Assembly: GCA_000320545.1 (NCBI GenBank)
Contig: ADNK01000008.1
Coordinates: forward strand, 20,356-84,355
Reading direction: 5' to 3'
Origin: Bigelowiella natans CCMP2755
Taxonomy: Eukaryota > Protista > Cercozoa
DNA length: 64,000 nt
A program made the position numbers and the translations under genes. Below the pieces are notes generated by a model, which saw nothing but the letters and a program-made list of their open reading frames with translations, made no database searches and was not told where the DNA came from. Positions 39,948-53,889 of the stretch are shown in pieces; positions within the stretch are counted from its first letter, which is position 1, and the number at the start of each line of letters is the position of its first letter.

Positions 39948-40195
39948 GTTGCATGCGACACTGTCATCGCATACAGCACCATGGTCATGGGTGCAATGAA
40001 CTTGCATGCTACCGCTACACATGTTAGGCTTGGTTTTGGAAAAGGACAAAATACTTGTACAATTTTTAAGTAGCTACGTGTTGTCGATTCGGGATTAGCG
40101 CTCTACATGTGTTTGCGCACGTGCGAATTGCTTCACCGGCCTCTCCTGGATCGCGTGTTTCCTTTGTTGTATCTCTCTGGACTGCTACCTTGTAC

Positions 40196-40685
40196 CTAAT
40201 CCTCAAATTCATCGTCATCATCCTCCGACTCGCTGTTGCCATCCCCAACCGTTACCAAGGCCCTAGCATCCGCACTAATTCCGGCAGTATCGACCTGGGG
40301 CTTGGAGGCAGCAGCAGCACCACCAGCAGCAGCAGGAGCTGGGGGAGGCGGAGCCTGTGATGGAGGTGCAGCATCATTTGAAGAAGGCGCGTCTTTTGAC
40401 TCCGCCCCCGGGGTTAAAGCGTTAGCTGCGGAGGCAGGGCCCTCTGGGTCGAGGCTCAGGATTTTCTTATCGTAGCCCTCCTGCTGCATTTTCATCTCGA
40501 TGACTGGTGGGGGCACACCGAGCTTGAGCATCCGGAAGTACTTGACGAATCTCGGATCGTCCTTCAGCTTAGGGCCTTGAGAGGAAGAAGAAGAAGAAGA
40601 AGAAGAAGAAGAAGAAGAACAACAACAGCATGATGATAGGGGCAAATGGCGGTGTTATTATTCTTCTCAACACATCACGATGGAT

Positions 40686-40728
<43 letters not shown>

Positions 40729-41466
40729 TCACGGGCTATTCGATGTTTGTGTCCTGATGCATCATCGTATATGGCGGGCCTGTTCTCTTTGCACTACTAC
40801 TACTACCACTATTACTTCTACCACTATTACTACTACTACTACTACTACTACCTGCTGGAGGAGCAATAGCTGGTGGTGCAGCTGCTGACTCACCACCGGC
40901 TGCTGCCGCCGCTGCTGCTGCTGGGGTCGGTGATGGTGTTCCATCAGCAGGTGGTGGAGGCAATCCAGCCCCTGGAGGGGGTGGAACACCAGCGCCTAAG
41001 TGTGACGCGTGTAAGCACATGTCAATTATTGTTAATCTCCCTCTCGGATGATGATGATGATTATGATGATTGCACACCCGGAGGATGGTGATTCCGCATG
41101 GTCTTTTGGGCATGCGCTACGGAAACATCAAGGGGTTATGCCGAAGGAGTAGAAAACGCAAAAAACTATTTTTTTTAAAAGAAGACAATGACTGTCAAAA
41201 CCCAGCACCTGGAGGGGGGGGAACGCCTGCAGGGGGGGGGACAGCAGCAGCAGCACCAGCATTGTTTTCTCCAGCCGGACTGCTATTGTTCGCGGCAGCA
41301 GCAGGTGGTTTGCTGTCGCTGCTGCTACTACTAGGGTGTGATTTAGCAAGCCAATCGATTGAGTCTAACTTTCCTTCCAAAATTCGGAGCAGAATCTCCA
41401 ACCTTTTTTTGTTGATATACAGTATTATTCACGAGGGGAGAAATAATTTAACAACGAGGGTAAAGT

Positions 41467-41515
<49 letters not shown>

Positions 41516-42304
41516 CAAGATACTCAACGGGTGATCATTCTCGCAGGGATATGGTACATTATTATTTCAGAATGATTCAAATTCTCAGACAATTAAAAAC
41601 GAATACAAGGATGTATATCCTCATTATGACTGTTCAAAATTGACGACGACGACGACTACTACTACTACCGTTTACATTTTAATTAAAAGCTAATTATCTC
41701 TCTGTTCCAAAATCATGATTCGGCCACTACTACTAGCAGACACACACCTTTGAACATCCATTGATATCTTCCCCAACTTCTGTTCGCAATGCACCTGATG
41801 TCATAGCCAAAGCTACCACCTTCAGGCCAAGCAAATTTACAATCGTACACACACAAACAATACACACGCACGCACACACACTCTCTCTCTTTCTCTCACA
41901 CACACACCAAACTACGTGCGTGCATAATACATGTTACTTATGTATTATACTTTAAAATGCCAATCCTATACACCGTGCGAATAATTGAGAAGATAGTATT
42001 TACCAGCATCTTATTGACGAAATCCGCAGTCGAAACCACAAAATGGTTGACGATCATCAGCACCTGAGGAATGGGGTCATGATTTATTCCAAGAAACTCA
42101 TTATTTCTACTACAATTAGATAAGAACGCTGTCTTCTATAGCACAAGCACCGATGAACTATTTTGTAAGAAGCGCATAGCGGAGAGGCGTATTGCGTACG
42201 GAAAACACGAAGGATCATCTCCACCACACCTTTCTCGACGGAATGGCCTGGATTTTGTCCAGATTAGGTTGGCTAGGCCCCCTTGGACGCGTCTCGCCCG
42301 ACAT
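40196..42304 (-). CDS. WASHC3: WASH complex subunit 3 (CCDC53)
   Basis: MSGETRPRGPSQPNLDKIQAIPSRK|VLMIVNHFVVSTADFVNKML|VHCEQKLGKISMDVQR|LEILLRILEGKLDSIDWL, then a Pro/Ala-rich linker, then KLKDDPRFVKYFRMLKLGVPPPVIEMKMQQEGYD. Confidence 0.9.
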
Positions 42305-42512
42305 CTAACATCGAAGAGGAGAAGGGCATTCATTATCCCTCAAATACTTCACGTAAGTAATAAGTTGCTGCTGATGCTCCTGATGCTGTAGCATTCATCT
42401 TCTTCTTTCTCTTGCGCCGACATACACGTACGATACAATATTTGTGAATTTGAATATCCATGAATGGACCCTCCCCCCCCCCCCCCCCCCTATCTATTCA
42501 CGTATATGTATA

Positions 42513-42818
42513 TCACTTTGCTATCATAAGCTTTGTCCATGATGTGTGTGCTGGACGCCCCCGGGATCTTATCCGCCCAGTTGTATTGCCTTCCAAGCCA
42601 TTCGATGTACTCGGAGAACTGAATACACTGAGAAGGAAAACAGCAAAGAGTCCTCAATTAGTCATCTTCGCCGTCGCGATTGAACAGCAAGAGCATTTCA
42701 TCATAAAACCACGAAAAGACCTTCCTTCAAATTAACCATGTGTCAATCATGTGGGGGAATGCTCATAAGGATATGAGAATAAAGTGTGGATGCACAGCTA
42801 TGTGTCGCTAAGGCGTTT

Positions 42819-42857
<39 letters not shown>

Positions 42858-43640
42858 CACCATATCACGATTCTTGTCCAAGTCCTCCCTAAGTTGATCT
42901 ACGGATTTCTGGGTGAGATTGAATTCCGTAAGGGTTTGATGCAACTCCATGAAGTCGCAGTTCTTGATGTTGCCACTTCCTGTTGGGTCAAATCGCCGAA
43001 AGACGTTGGCTGCCGCTGTGCGCTGCTTTAGCGCTTGCTCGTCCAGAAACAACTTCTCCCATCTAAATGTAAAACAAGTTTGGTTTGAGTGCACCCAGGT
43101 CCTTCGACTTAGTCCGGATTATAATATGGGGAAGGGAAAGTCAAGTGTGCAACAACACCTGTCGGCTGATCCCCACCAACTTTGAAACTCCTTCAGCTCT
43201 ATCACGCCACTGTGCAAACAAAATTCAAACGGTGTGAATGCGTACAAAATGCGCGCGTGTGCGTTCGGTTTTGTGTACGCGTGTCTAGTTATAGCGGGCA
43301 TTCTTCAGAATAAGCATTTTAGTCTTTTGCAAAAAATCGCTTTGCAGGCAGACATTCAAATAATGGCTCTATTTTTAGTAACCTTCCGTCGCTATCGAGC
43401 ATCAATAATGCGTATTTGATCTCTAAAGTTGGGTAAAAAAATTGATGAGTTTATTCAAATGCCATCTCATCCTCCTCTTCCTTTTATATTACTACCGTAG
43501 ACAAGAAACCAACCTGTCTGTGTAAGCATGTGCCCCAGATTGTAGCACAGAGCCTGAAACTCTTTCGCATCAATGCTGCCGCTGCCATCCGTGTCAAACT
43601 TGTTGAAGACGATCGTAGCTGTACTTACAGAACTGCTCAT
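42513..43640 (-). CDS. Four-EF-hand calcium-binding protein (calmodulin-like)
   Basis: VFNKFDTDGSGSIDAKEF; GVIELKEFQSWW; VFRRFDPTGSGNIKNCDF; LDKNRDM|CIQFSEYIEWL, joined by GT-AG introns. Confidence 0.8.
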
Positions 43641-44149
43641 CTCTCACGTAATGCTTTACAGCCTACTTGGTGGCCTTCATAAAACGTATTTAGGTTCATG
43701 AATTGATGGAGGGCGACCACACATGAAAGCCATGTCCACACAGCATGAACACTATGACTTCGTGAGCAGCATTACTATCACTGCTAATTTTTTAGCTAAT
43801 GATCAAACCTCCAGGATAATTGAGAGGGGGGGAGGTGGGGAGGGGATGGAACGAGAATCCGGTTGCGATTCGTACGCAGCCTCTCCTTGCAAGATCCACC
43901 AGCTGGGGCGATTATGCTGTCCCTTCTGTGTCGTCACCCGGTCGGCGGTTTGAAGCAGTGTATCCGTAAAAAAACATTGTCGCAGTCTGAAATACCAACT
44001 CATTTATGTTACATTTACCGCAGCGCGAAAAAATATCTGGATGTTGGTTTTGGAGACGACAAGAAGCATGGGAGACGAAGCTGGAGCTGCTGGAAAGGAG
44101 CGATCATCACCTTTAGACATTTTTTTACACCATGAACATCCTAATGTAT

Positions 44150-45550
44150 TTCTCATCAATGAAAATCTTCCCACTGCCTTGTTTTGAAGACACTCGACAA
44201 TGTTTCTTGTTTCATTTTTGTTGTTCTTCTCTGGAGCGAATCTGCCGGCCACGAGCAGTTCAATGGAGTGAGTCAGCGTGTCCCATGGAGGAAGATGACA
44301 AGAAAGAAAGAAAGAAGTGTTTCACAGTCCTCACTGAAACCAGTTCGAGGCACTGCATTTTGCACGCTGCAAGTGTCTTGCAACACTTTGGAAATGTAGT
44401 TTTTCATCATTGTTTCATTGTTTCATTGTTTCATTGGAGCAGTCAAAGGATCGCCTTTGAACCTTGAACATCGAACTCAGCATTGTTGCTGAAGGTGGCA
44501 GGTGCTTGGTGGTTGTTTCTTTTTGGCTTGTTCATACGATGATCATCACGATCCAATGTTTCAACGATGTGTTTCTGCTTTTTGTTTGGCAAATTGTGTG
44601 CAGGTTTTGACTCAACACCTGCAAGTTTTTTGAATTGTTTGCACTCTGACACCTTCATTGACTTGCTTGATTCATGACTTGGTGTTCTTTCGTTTCCTCC
44701 ATCAATTGAGAAGTTTTTTTTCCCAGCACACTTGGTTTGGGTTCACACTTGTGAACCATGGAGTTTGCGGCTGCCACTGCTTTGCTTTTTCAGTGACAAG
44801 TGAACAGCGCAATTTGCAACCCATCCAGGGCCTTTTGCCATCACTGGATCAGCACGTCCACGATGTGACGTGCAACCTTTTGATCCAGAAGCTGGTTGTG
44901 TTCCTTTCCCTTGATCGACCAAACTTTGCGACAAGTTCTTCTGCCTGCATGTTTCCTTTTGCACGTGTCCGTGTTTGATGATGACACACGTGCAAAAACT
45001 TTTCGTCCTTCAAAGGTTCAAGTTGTTCTTCCGTTGGCCGGCTTGTCTGGTGGTGGCATTGCAGTGGCTTTCCTGTTTTTGATTTGAACATCCTCGCTCA
45101 TCACTTTGCATCACTTTGCACGAGAACAATTTCATGGTGTTTCAACGACACTCTGCTGTGGAATTTTTGCTGTGTCGTTTTCAACAAAGATTGTTTGCAC
45201 GCAAAAGTCACGTGATGTGCCTGGGATTTTCATTACGTCATTCTGGCAATTCAATTCAGCAGCAGGTCGTCAGTGGGCAAACTTTCACGTTGGGCATGCT
45301 TCGCAATTTTTGCTGCCGCCCATGTGATGCGCCGATGGTGGGGAAATGAAGTGTCAGGTGTGGCCCATGCTAGCATGAGCGGCGGCGCGCCCGCCATTCA
45401 CAAGAATTGTTCAGACACGGTTCAAAAATTGCCAAGCTTCAGCAGCGCCACAAAATTTGCAACGAACGATTTCATTTGCATTTGCTGTGCTCAAAATGGT
45501 CGCGCTCTCATTCCAGTCATCCCAAAAGTTTCAATCACGTCGAACAACGA
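44150..45550 (-). pseudogene. Decayed coding relic (possible transposon or viral insertion) almost lacking TpA dinucleotides
   Basis: Only 4 TpA by manual scan (~44397, ~44535, ~45234, ~45371). Broken minus-strand frames are His/Cys-rich, Tyr-poor and interrupted by TGA. No intron or SSR features. The family of origin was not identified. Confidence 0.55.
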
Positions 45551-45686
45551 GACTACCCAGTGCAAAACTTGATTTTTAAAGATCTAATTCACCATGTGGT
45601 GTTGCATGTGACAAAGACAACGTGACATGACATGAGAAATTATATTCACATTTATTCGCATGTGTGCACTTTTTCTCTGAGATGTT

Positions 45687-48600
45687 TCACGTCTTGCTTT
45701 TCCCATTAAATATGTACACTCTTCGCTTCTTTGGTGGATTTTTAGGCTTCGGTCCTTTTTTTGCTATTGTTAGACGCCTTACATCCGATCCATCTTCCTT
45801 CCCTCCTGACTTTGTAGAGCTCTTGAGAAAGACGCGTCTTTTCCCGCCAGAAAGCTCGATGCGACCATTCAGCTCTGGTTCGATATCATCCTTTTTCTTT
45901 ATAGTTAGACGCTTTGTTTTGCGTGTACCCCCTCCTCCTCCTCCTCCTCCTCGATATTTTGCATTATCATCATCTTCTGTTTCCCGTCTTCTTACTCTCC
46001 TTGACATTTTCTCCTTCTCACTCCTTTTTCTGACTCGGATCCGGCGACTTGGGGCACTACCACTACTTTCTTTCGTCCCAGAGCCTCTCCATCGATCCTT
46101 GGTGATATTGGCGCTATCTTTTCGTGCCGCTCTCCCGTTCTTCTTAGCCCCCTTTATCTTCTCATATCTCTTCCCTCGCTCCGTACCATTGCTGTCATCG
46201 CTGTAATCATCGCCTCCTTTTCGGCGGCCACGTTCACTTCTGGGAGGAGATTGTCTTTTCTTAGAAGATTTTCTGAGAATGACCTGGCGGAGTTCTTCAA
46301 GTTTACTAGCGCTTGAGATTTCGTCGTCGTCGTCGTCCTCCTCAATTCTGTTCCTTGTAGGTAGCTTATTCCCCCTCCGCTGAGATTGCTTACCGCGTTG
46401 GCTACTGTTATCGTCGTCGTTTAGCCGTCTGTAAAAGCGATACACATGGTGGATGATGATGATGACAGGTTGCAATAAAAACAAACAAAAGCCGAAACCT
46501 GTCGTAGCCATCGTCTTTATAATAGCCTTTGCGTTTAGACCCTGCGACATATTTGCGGTCATCGTCGCCATCATCAAGCAGTTTTTCGTTGCTGTCACGG
46601 TTCCTCTCCCTTTCTTTTCTACGTGTTCTCGTCCTTTCTTGTTCTTGATTTTTTTCCAGCTCTTCTTGATTGCCCGTTCCTGCTCTTCTGCGGCTCTTCT
46701 TCTGGTGTCCATTATCGCTATGATCCCCATGAGTCGCTGCTCTACTAGGACTGTCTCTATGTTCGTTGGATTCAAAGCCTCCTTTTTTTGATTTTTTTAA
46801 TAAAATAGCAACCGTGGACATTATGCTCACAACATTCACATCACCCATTCAACGGCTCACAACACGAAGATGCAAAGCTTCGATTTTTGGACATTGTTTA
46901 AATACCAACTGTCGACAACGTGAGTGCATGCAAGACAGATGTATCCTTTACAACTTCAAAAGTAGCTTTGATCTATCCGAAATATTTTCTTCCTCTCTGT
47001 TGTTTTTCTCCCATTCCCTACTATGCACTCTCAGGGGCGATGATAATCGATATGATCGTCGTTCTAGCTGCGCGGGCAATAATGCATCATCGCACTGCTT
47101 CACAAACTAGTCCATGTTCCCGGTGATATAGGCTCCTCCTCCCACTATATATCTTATGCTTGGCGTACTGTTCTACTACAACTACTACTACTCCTATTCC
47201 TATTGCTACCTAACAATCGAAACTAATAATGATATTGAATGACAAAACATACCGCTCCGTCTTTCTCCCGACGGCAATCTTCTTTTCCCTGGTGACAACG
47301 CTCTCCGTCCTCCTCCTCCTCCTCCTCCTCCTCCTGCTGCCTCTCTTCTTCTTCCTCCCGGCGATTGTCTTCGTCGCCCTGGGGATCTTGATTCCGGCGA
47401 ACGTCGTCTTCCAGGTGGATGATGATAGGGTCTATCACTTTGCTGCTCAGGTCCCTCGTAAGCTCCCCCCCCCCCCCCTCGGGCTCCTCCTCTTCGGTGA
47501 CCATGTGCATGTGGTGCTCCTCCCCCTCCTCCTATCCTCCTAGGCCCGTCATCATCATCTCCATCATCATCGCTATACCCATACCTGTGACCACCACCAC
47601 CACCACCACCACCACGATCTTCGTAATCGTCGTACATCATCGTGTTTTCGCCTCTTCTACTTCCACCATTTCTCCAGTGATGTGGTGGCGGCGGTCCAGG
47701 ATAGTCACGTCTTCTTGGCATTGGTCCGCCTCCTCGTCCTCCTTCTCTATACCATCGTCTTTCATCATGGGGAGGGGGGCCTCCTCGCTCTCTGTAGCCA
47801 GAGTAACGGGGAGGCGGCGGCCCATTGCGGTATGGAGGTCCTCGATGCTGACGATGGTGCTGAACATGATAAGGAGGTGGTGGTGGGGGGCCATAACCCG
47901 GCCTCATCCTCCTCCTTGGTCCGTAATTGTAACGATCATCATCAAATGGTGGCTGTGGTGGTGGGCCTCCTCTTCTGTGCATAGGAGGAGGATGGTGATG
48001 AAAATCACCTCTTCTCTGCTGCATTCCGCCGCGCATTCTATCCACATCCCTCCTCATTCCCGGGCGGGGAGGAGCATCTCCGTCAGGCATCCCCCGATGA
48101 TTGCCACGGTGGTGCTGAGATTCATGCATAGCGTTGCCTCCTGTATCTGCTCGTGTAGCAGCAGGGTGTGATAGCTTTTTTGAGTCGTCGTCTTTGGTGA
48201 GATTCTTATCCTCATCATTTTCTGCTGCTGCTGCTGCTTTCCTTTTAGTAGTACTGCTGCTACCCTGAGCATTATTCACTGCTCGCTTACCATTCTTCAT
48301 CTTCTCCTTGTTTGATACGTGCACATCCTCTTTCTCTGGTCCACTCTCGGACGCATTATTTCTATTGCTCGAAGACGACGACAAGGTGGTCTTGCTCGGA
48401 ACAGGATCTGATCTATCCGCCCCCATCACCTCTTCTACCTCTTCTTCTTCTTCTTCTTCCTCCACGTTCTCATCGTTGTTATCATCGTCCTCATCTTCGT
48501 CAGAGAGCATGGCGAGGACTGAGGTTTGCTGTTGGTGAGCAGCCTCTTCTTCTTCGTCTTCTTCCTTTCCTTCATCTTTTCCCTTCTCTTCCTCCACTTC

Positions 48601-50916
48601 CTCATCCAAATCATCACGAGCAATTGCTTCACTTTCGCCATGTTTACTGCCATCTGCGTGACCACCGGCTGCTGCTATCAGCTCACTCGCTTTCTCCCCC
48701 TCCTTGCTCTCCTGCTGTTTCTGGTCTTGTTTTGCGATTTGAGGTTTCTCTTGCGATTTCGGTTTTTCTTCCTTTATCTCAGGTGTAGGAGGAGGAGGGG
48801 CAAGAAAGTCTGCAACAGCCTCTCGGAGCTCCTCGTTAGGCTCGATATCGTCGAGGTCAACATCCGTAGTTCCACAACCAGGGCACTTGAACTCCTCGTT
48901 TATTACCGCCTGGTAACAATTAGTAATAATTAGGCAACAAACGGTCACTAGCTGGTGCGTTTGTCTAAGAAGTCGGTATTCCGAGCCAATTTCGTAGCGT
49001 ACGACATGACAAACACGTTTCAAATACGTTGGACAACAACTCGGAATGTATAACTTTAGGGGCAATCTCGAAACTATAAAACGTACGTTTCGCGATATGC
49101 ATTTGCTACTTTCCACCACCACCACCACCACCACCACTACCACCCTAGATGTGACCCACCCACTAACTACCCCAGATGTGAACTACTATCGAGGTCAATC
49201 TTCGGCATAATGAAACTACTCCCCGAAATAGCTTTCTATTACACCCTTTAACAAAATTGTTGTAGAGAAATCATCGACCTGTCTCATGCACCCGTTGCAG
49301 AAACATACGTTACAACAGGCGCTAACTGCGTCTCTCAAGTAATCGTTGCAGATCGGACAAAGATATTCTTGCTTCTTTGCGGCAATCCCAGTCTTTGTCG
49401 TTGATACTATAGAAATGGGACCAATAAGGCGTGTTGTTGTTTATAGCGATGAACCACCACCACCACCACCACCAAAATGCGCTTACAGACCAACTTGAGC
49501 CACTTGGTACGCTCCCCTCAGCATCAGTCTATTGAATTCATTCTCATTCGGTCCGTGCTTTTCTGGAATATTTAGCGACGTTGGAAAAATGGGAAAATAA
49601 TCAGTAAGCAAGGAGGAGATGGGAGCTCTCTTGGAATGCTAAAGCAAGTAAAGATGCTGTCGCGTACTTGTCTTGTCTCCCAAGCCTTGCTCCTGCATAT
49701 CCTTGCCGCCGAAGCTCGCCCCTGGGCAAAACCTGCGACATTGGCCTTAATTTTATTGATGAAAAAGAGAAGGAAAGAAGACGAAAATGGTAGATGGCCT
49801 AGGAGGATATGTTGTCTCTTATTTTCTTCTTCTTCTTCTTCTTCTTCTTCTTCTTCTTCTTCTTGTTTCCATACTTTTTCCAATGTCCAGGCCGTCCGCA
49901 GTTGTGACACACGTAACCTAGGCAATAACGGACCATTTTGGTGTGTGTTTGTGTGTGCATGTCCTCAATGATGCATGATAATAAGTGAGCTATGCGCATC
50001 AGCATCGTCATCGATTAGATATCTTAGAGACAATACCCTCCGGTGGCTTGTCACCAGGTTGGCGGCCATACTGTTGGTAGCCCGCCGTAATCCTGTTTCA
50101 ATGGAAAGTCTATCAGGTCTCTACACAAATTTGAGTTGAATGGAAGGAAATTTTCGCAATAGCAGTCGATAGTAAGGGGGTATTGGTTGCATTAGAAGAG
50201 TTACTCTTTGCTGTTGTGCATTATAGCATTTAATTTCTCCAGCTCTCCGGCCTTCGCAGACACAACTCTGGGCTTCGGTGTCCTTGCAGTACGCTGAGAG
50301 GTTTTAAAATTGATGACAGAAAGAAAAGATTCATTGTAAGTGGTGGGCTTGATCACATGACAAGGGTTGGATAAAAACCTTAGGACCAGAATTTCCGCGC
50401 AGGCTAAGGGAGAAATAGGAGAATAGATTTTCAGCATCGAGAATTTGCGACACTTAGCGCATCGAGCAGCATTATGCATGTGTTCGAAACTCACTTGGTC
50501 CCAGGAAGCATGAAAGACCAGGATCTTTTAGAAGGGACCCTTTTCACTATAATGCTCGTGTTCTTCGGTAACATGTCCTTGTCCATGTATACTGTTCCAC
50601 ATACACACCAGCACCATGAGAATCAAAAAGGATAATTCATATGCTCTCCACATTTCTTCTGTTTCTACCTTCATTGGAGTCGTTGTTTGTGATTTCGAAA
50701 TCAAAGGTATCACGATTTTTCGCCAGCTTATTCTGCGTTATGATGCTTTTCTGGAAAGCAGCAGTTGAAAAGAAACATCAGTGTTGTCGCTCGCTCACAA
50801 GAAAAGGCGAAACAAACCTTGACATCAAGAATGGAGATAGACCCACCATCGAACGAGATGGGATTCCAACTTCCCTTCGCGCTATTGAATCGATAGTGGA
50901 CCGCAGAGGTCGGCAT
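45687..50916 (-). CDS. RBBP6: RBBP6/Mpe1-like protein: DWNN ubiquitin-like domain, zinc knuckle, RING, long low-complexity tail
   Basis: DWNN: MPTSAVHYRFNSAKGSWNPISFDGGSISILDVK...MLPKNTSIIVKRVP. Knuckle: GYVCHNCGRPGHWKK. RING: CPICNDYLRDAVSACCNVCFCNGCMRQ|AVINEEFKCPGCG. Pro/Arg/Gly-rich and Lys/Arg-rich C-terminal exons follow. Confidence 0.88.
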
Positions 50917-51376
50917 GATGAAAGGGGGCGGACTTTCCAAGGATTGAAAGAGGACTTCAGGACTGGATGTGCGGCACCGACCGAGGAAGCCTCTTTAAAA
51001 TACAGGCCTATTTGCAACAACGACAAAAATTAATTCCCAGAATGGATGTCAAATCTGTGTATGGGGAATTAATATCCGAACGACAAGACTTGCAGGCAGA
51101 CGTAGCATAGAAATCGAAGAATATAACTCTTACGACAATGGGAATCCCATGTCGTAGAATAATTATGCCATTGGATCCTCGCCAAATGTTGCAGCACCTT
51201 GCCGTTTCTACGTCATGCGATCTAGTGCAACGTTATGCACTTCTTACATGTATACACACCACAGTAGATCTACGAGTAGATCTATGCTGCTAGTAGGACT
51301 CACGGAAAGACCGAACGAATAATAACCCGGAGAACAAACGAGAGCAAGAAGAAGAAGAAAGCTCTAGTCTCTAACG

Positions 51377-52424
51377 ATGCTCCCTCCCGGAAGACCTAGG
51401 CGGGGAGCAGATATTGTAGGCTGGATTTTCGTGGTCTTGGCTATACTCTGTGGGCATTCAGCTGATGCGGTTCATACAGCAGTGATGCTCAATACTGTAA
51501 CCGGTCCTTCTGTTCTACCGAATCAAACCCAAACGATGATCAACTACTTCATGGTCGATAACAAATCGAAATCTTTATGTCCGCAACATAAGTAATAGAT
51601 GTAGCAGCATCGATGACCGAGACCTATCGCAGCTATCCGAACTTTACTTTCCCCACGCTTCATATTCAGGAATATCTTAATTTAAACACCGGACTCAAGT
51701 CTACTCTTCATTTCCCATTTGAGACGTTCGAGTACTTCGAGGTCAACAGTGACGATGTTGCCAACGGTAAGAGGCCAACAATAAGTTTGAGAATTAATCT
51801 GGACATGCAGCTAAATTATTCTATTGTCGTCGTATGCCTCTTGCCCTGTTCTCCTTATGTCTTCTGTTTTGCAGTCTCTACTTACATAGCATCAAATAGC
51901 TCATTCGACTTAGTTATGGCGCCCTACTCATCAGGGTATGTTCTCCTTCCCGGCATTAATTGTCATCATCATCGTCGTCATCATTATTTGGTGTGAGAAA
52001 GATGGTATTCTTCCGTAGATTTACAGAAACTGTTGTGGAGGCTATGCAGGTCTCTATGCCTCTGGAAAATAAGACATGCGTGCGTGCGTGTGTGTGTGTG
52101 TGTGTGTGTGTGTACACGCAAGCAGCGCATTAGTCGATTCAGTATCTATTCGTTTTCATATTTTGCTACTGGCCAACTATCCTTACAATATTTGACACGT
52201 TTATAGTCCACCTCAAAATTGGTGATTTCGGCCGGGGCTTCCAGGTAACTAATGACTACTTTGTAATCATCAACTTTGTGGAAATGACATAATTTCATGG
52301 TAAAAACTCATCAATAAATTTTTCTCTGTATTATTTTCAGCACATCGCTGTTTTTCACCACTGATAGTGCTGGGCGACGTAGTCGGAGGTATTGAGACAG
52401 TAATCAGTTGGACCTAGTAACCTA

Positions 52425-52471
<47 letters not shown>

Positions 52472-52553
52472 CATATATTTGGATTTTATACAACAACAAG
52501 TACCTGTGAAAACACACCTACACTGTGTCCGTGTGATCCATAACATGTACATG

Positions 52554-52598
<45 letters not shown>

Positions 52599-52744
52599 TA
52601 TTAGAATTTTCAGCAAGCTACTAAGACGAAAGCGAGTGACATAAGACTTCTGATATTCTCACTGTTATAATCCCTTTCCCCTCCTATCCCTTCGAACGCC
52701 ATCTGATATCGTAACAAGGGAGCTGCTGCTTCCAATGTTTATAC

Positions 52745-52775
<31 letters not shown>

Positions 52776-53371
52776 TCTGGTTCAGGTACAACAACCTCTT
52801 CAGCTCTCTCAACACTGCAGACACGTACATGAATGAGTTCGTCAACTTGGTGCGCTACAATGGGGCGGCGACCATCGCTTTTGCATACGTCGATTCTACT
52901 TTCACGGAGCAGGCGTGCTTGGGCGCCTCCCAGGTGGCCTCCGAGAGCGGTATGACGGTCTTGTCCACGGATATTATGGAAAGGTAGCATCATCAGCTGC
53001 TTTTCACAATAATTGCGTTATAGGGGATGATGTTGTATGGATGGATGTACCTCAGTTACAATTCGTCCGCTCCTCAAGTTGCGACAGAGAAGTGGAAAAG
53101 CCTCATTGCTCAGTACAAGGAATCAAGACCCGACGTGCTGGTTGTGTGCTCCTACTCCCTCTGCTCTTCCTTCCTTAACCAGGCATATCGGTCTGTATTG
53201 TACGTGTTCGGGCATTTTCCATGACTTATCGTCGCCCATTCATCCCCCTCTCCCCTACTCCTTTCCTGCTTTATGCTTGAGTGTCTTCAAGTAATCTTGT
53301 TGATCAAACATGGACAAATGCATTGATACATTTCTTGTGCATGCGTACAAATGCATTGATCTGCACAGAGA

Positions 53372-53468
<97 letters not shown>

Positions 53469-53841
53469 TCTAAGCCTATATTCTGGGATAATTATTTCAA
53501 ATATTCAGGGACAATTATCTTCCCAATGCGCTGGCGTTCACGGTGTGTGGTGAGGAGGAAATCACCGTCGAGGAAGACATTCCAGAGACTGGAACTTACC
53601 TTCAGAGCTACACATACTTCACACAGCAATGGCACCGCTCCATCGACAGGGACAACTGGAGAGAGTCCAATCTTTCATCAGTAGCACTGTTCCCATACAA
53701 TAATGGAACGCACAACATTTCCAGTGCGACTCAGCTTTACAATAGGTTCGCAGCCTCAACTAGTCACTCAGTCGTCCGAATTGTGAGCAGCCTGTAAAAT
53801 GTGGAATGCATTGTGCACGGACATTGTGATGTTGAGTTCCC

Positions 53842-53889
<48 letters not shown>

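Noticed and set aside
44150-45550. Classical RIP or simple CpG-methylation decay as the explanation for the odd composition
   Set aside because: RIP creates TpA and CpG decay depletes CpG. Here TpA is missing and CpG is retained, although some TGA stops may derive from CGA.
44004-45625. Assigning the relic to a named transposon family, or calling the short ORFs real genes
   Set aside because: No DDE, RT, integrase motif or terminal repeats were recognisable by eye. The many overlapping ORFs are expected when TAA and TAG stops are absent.
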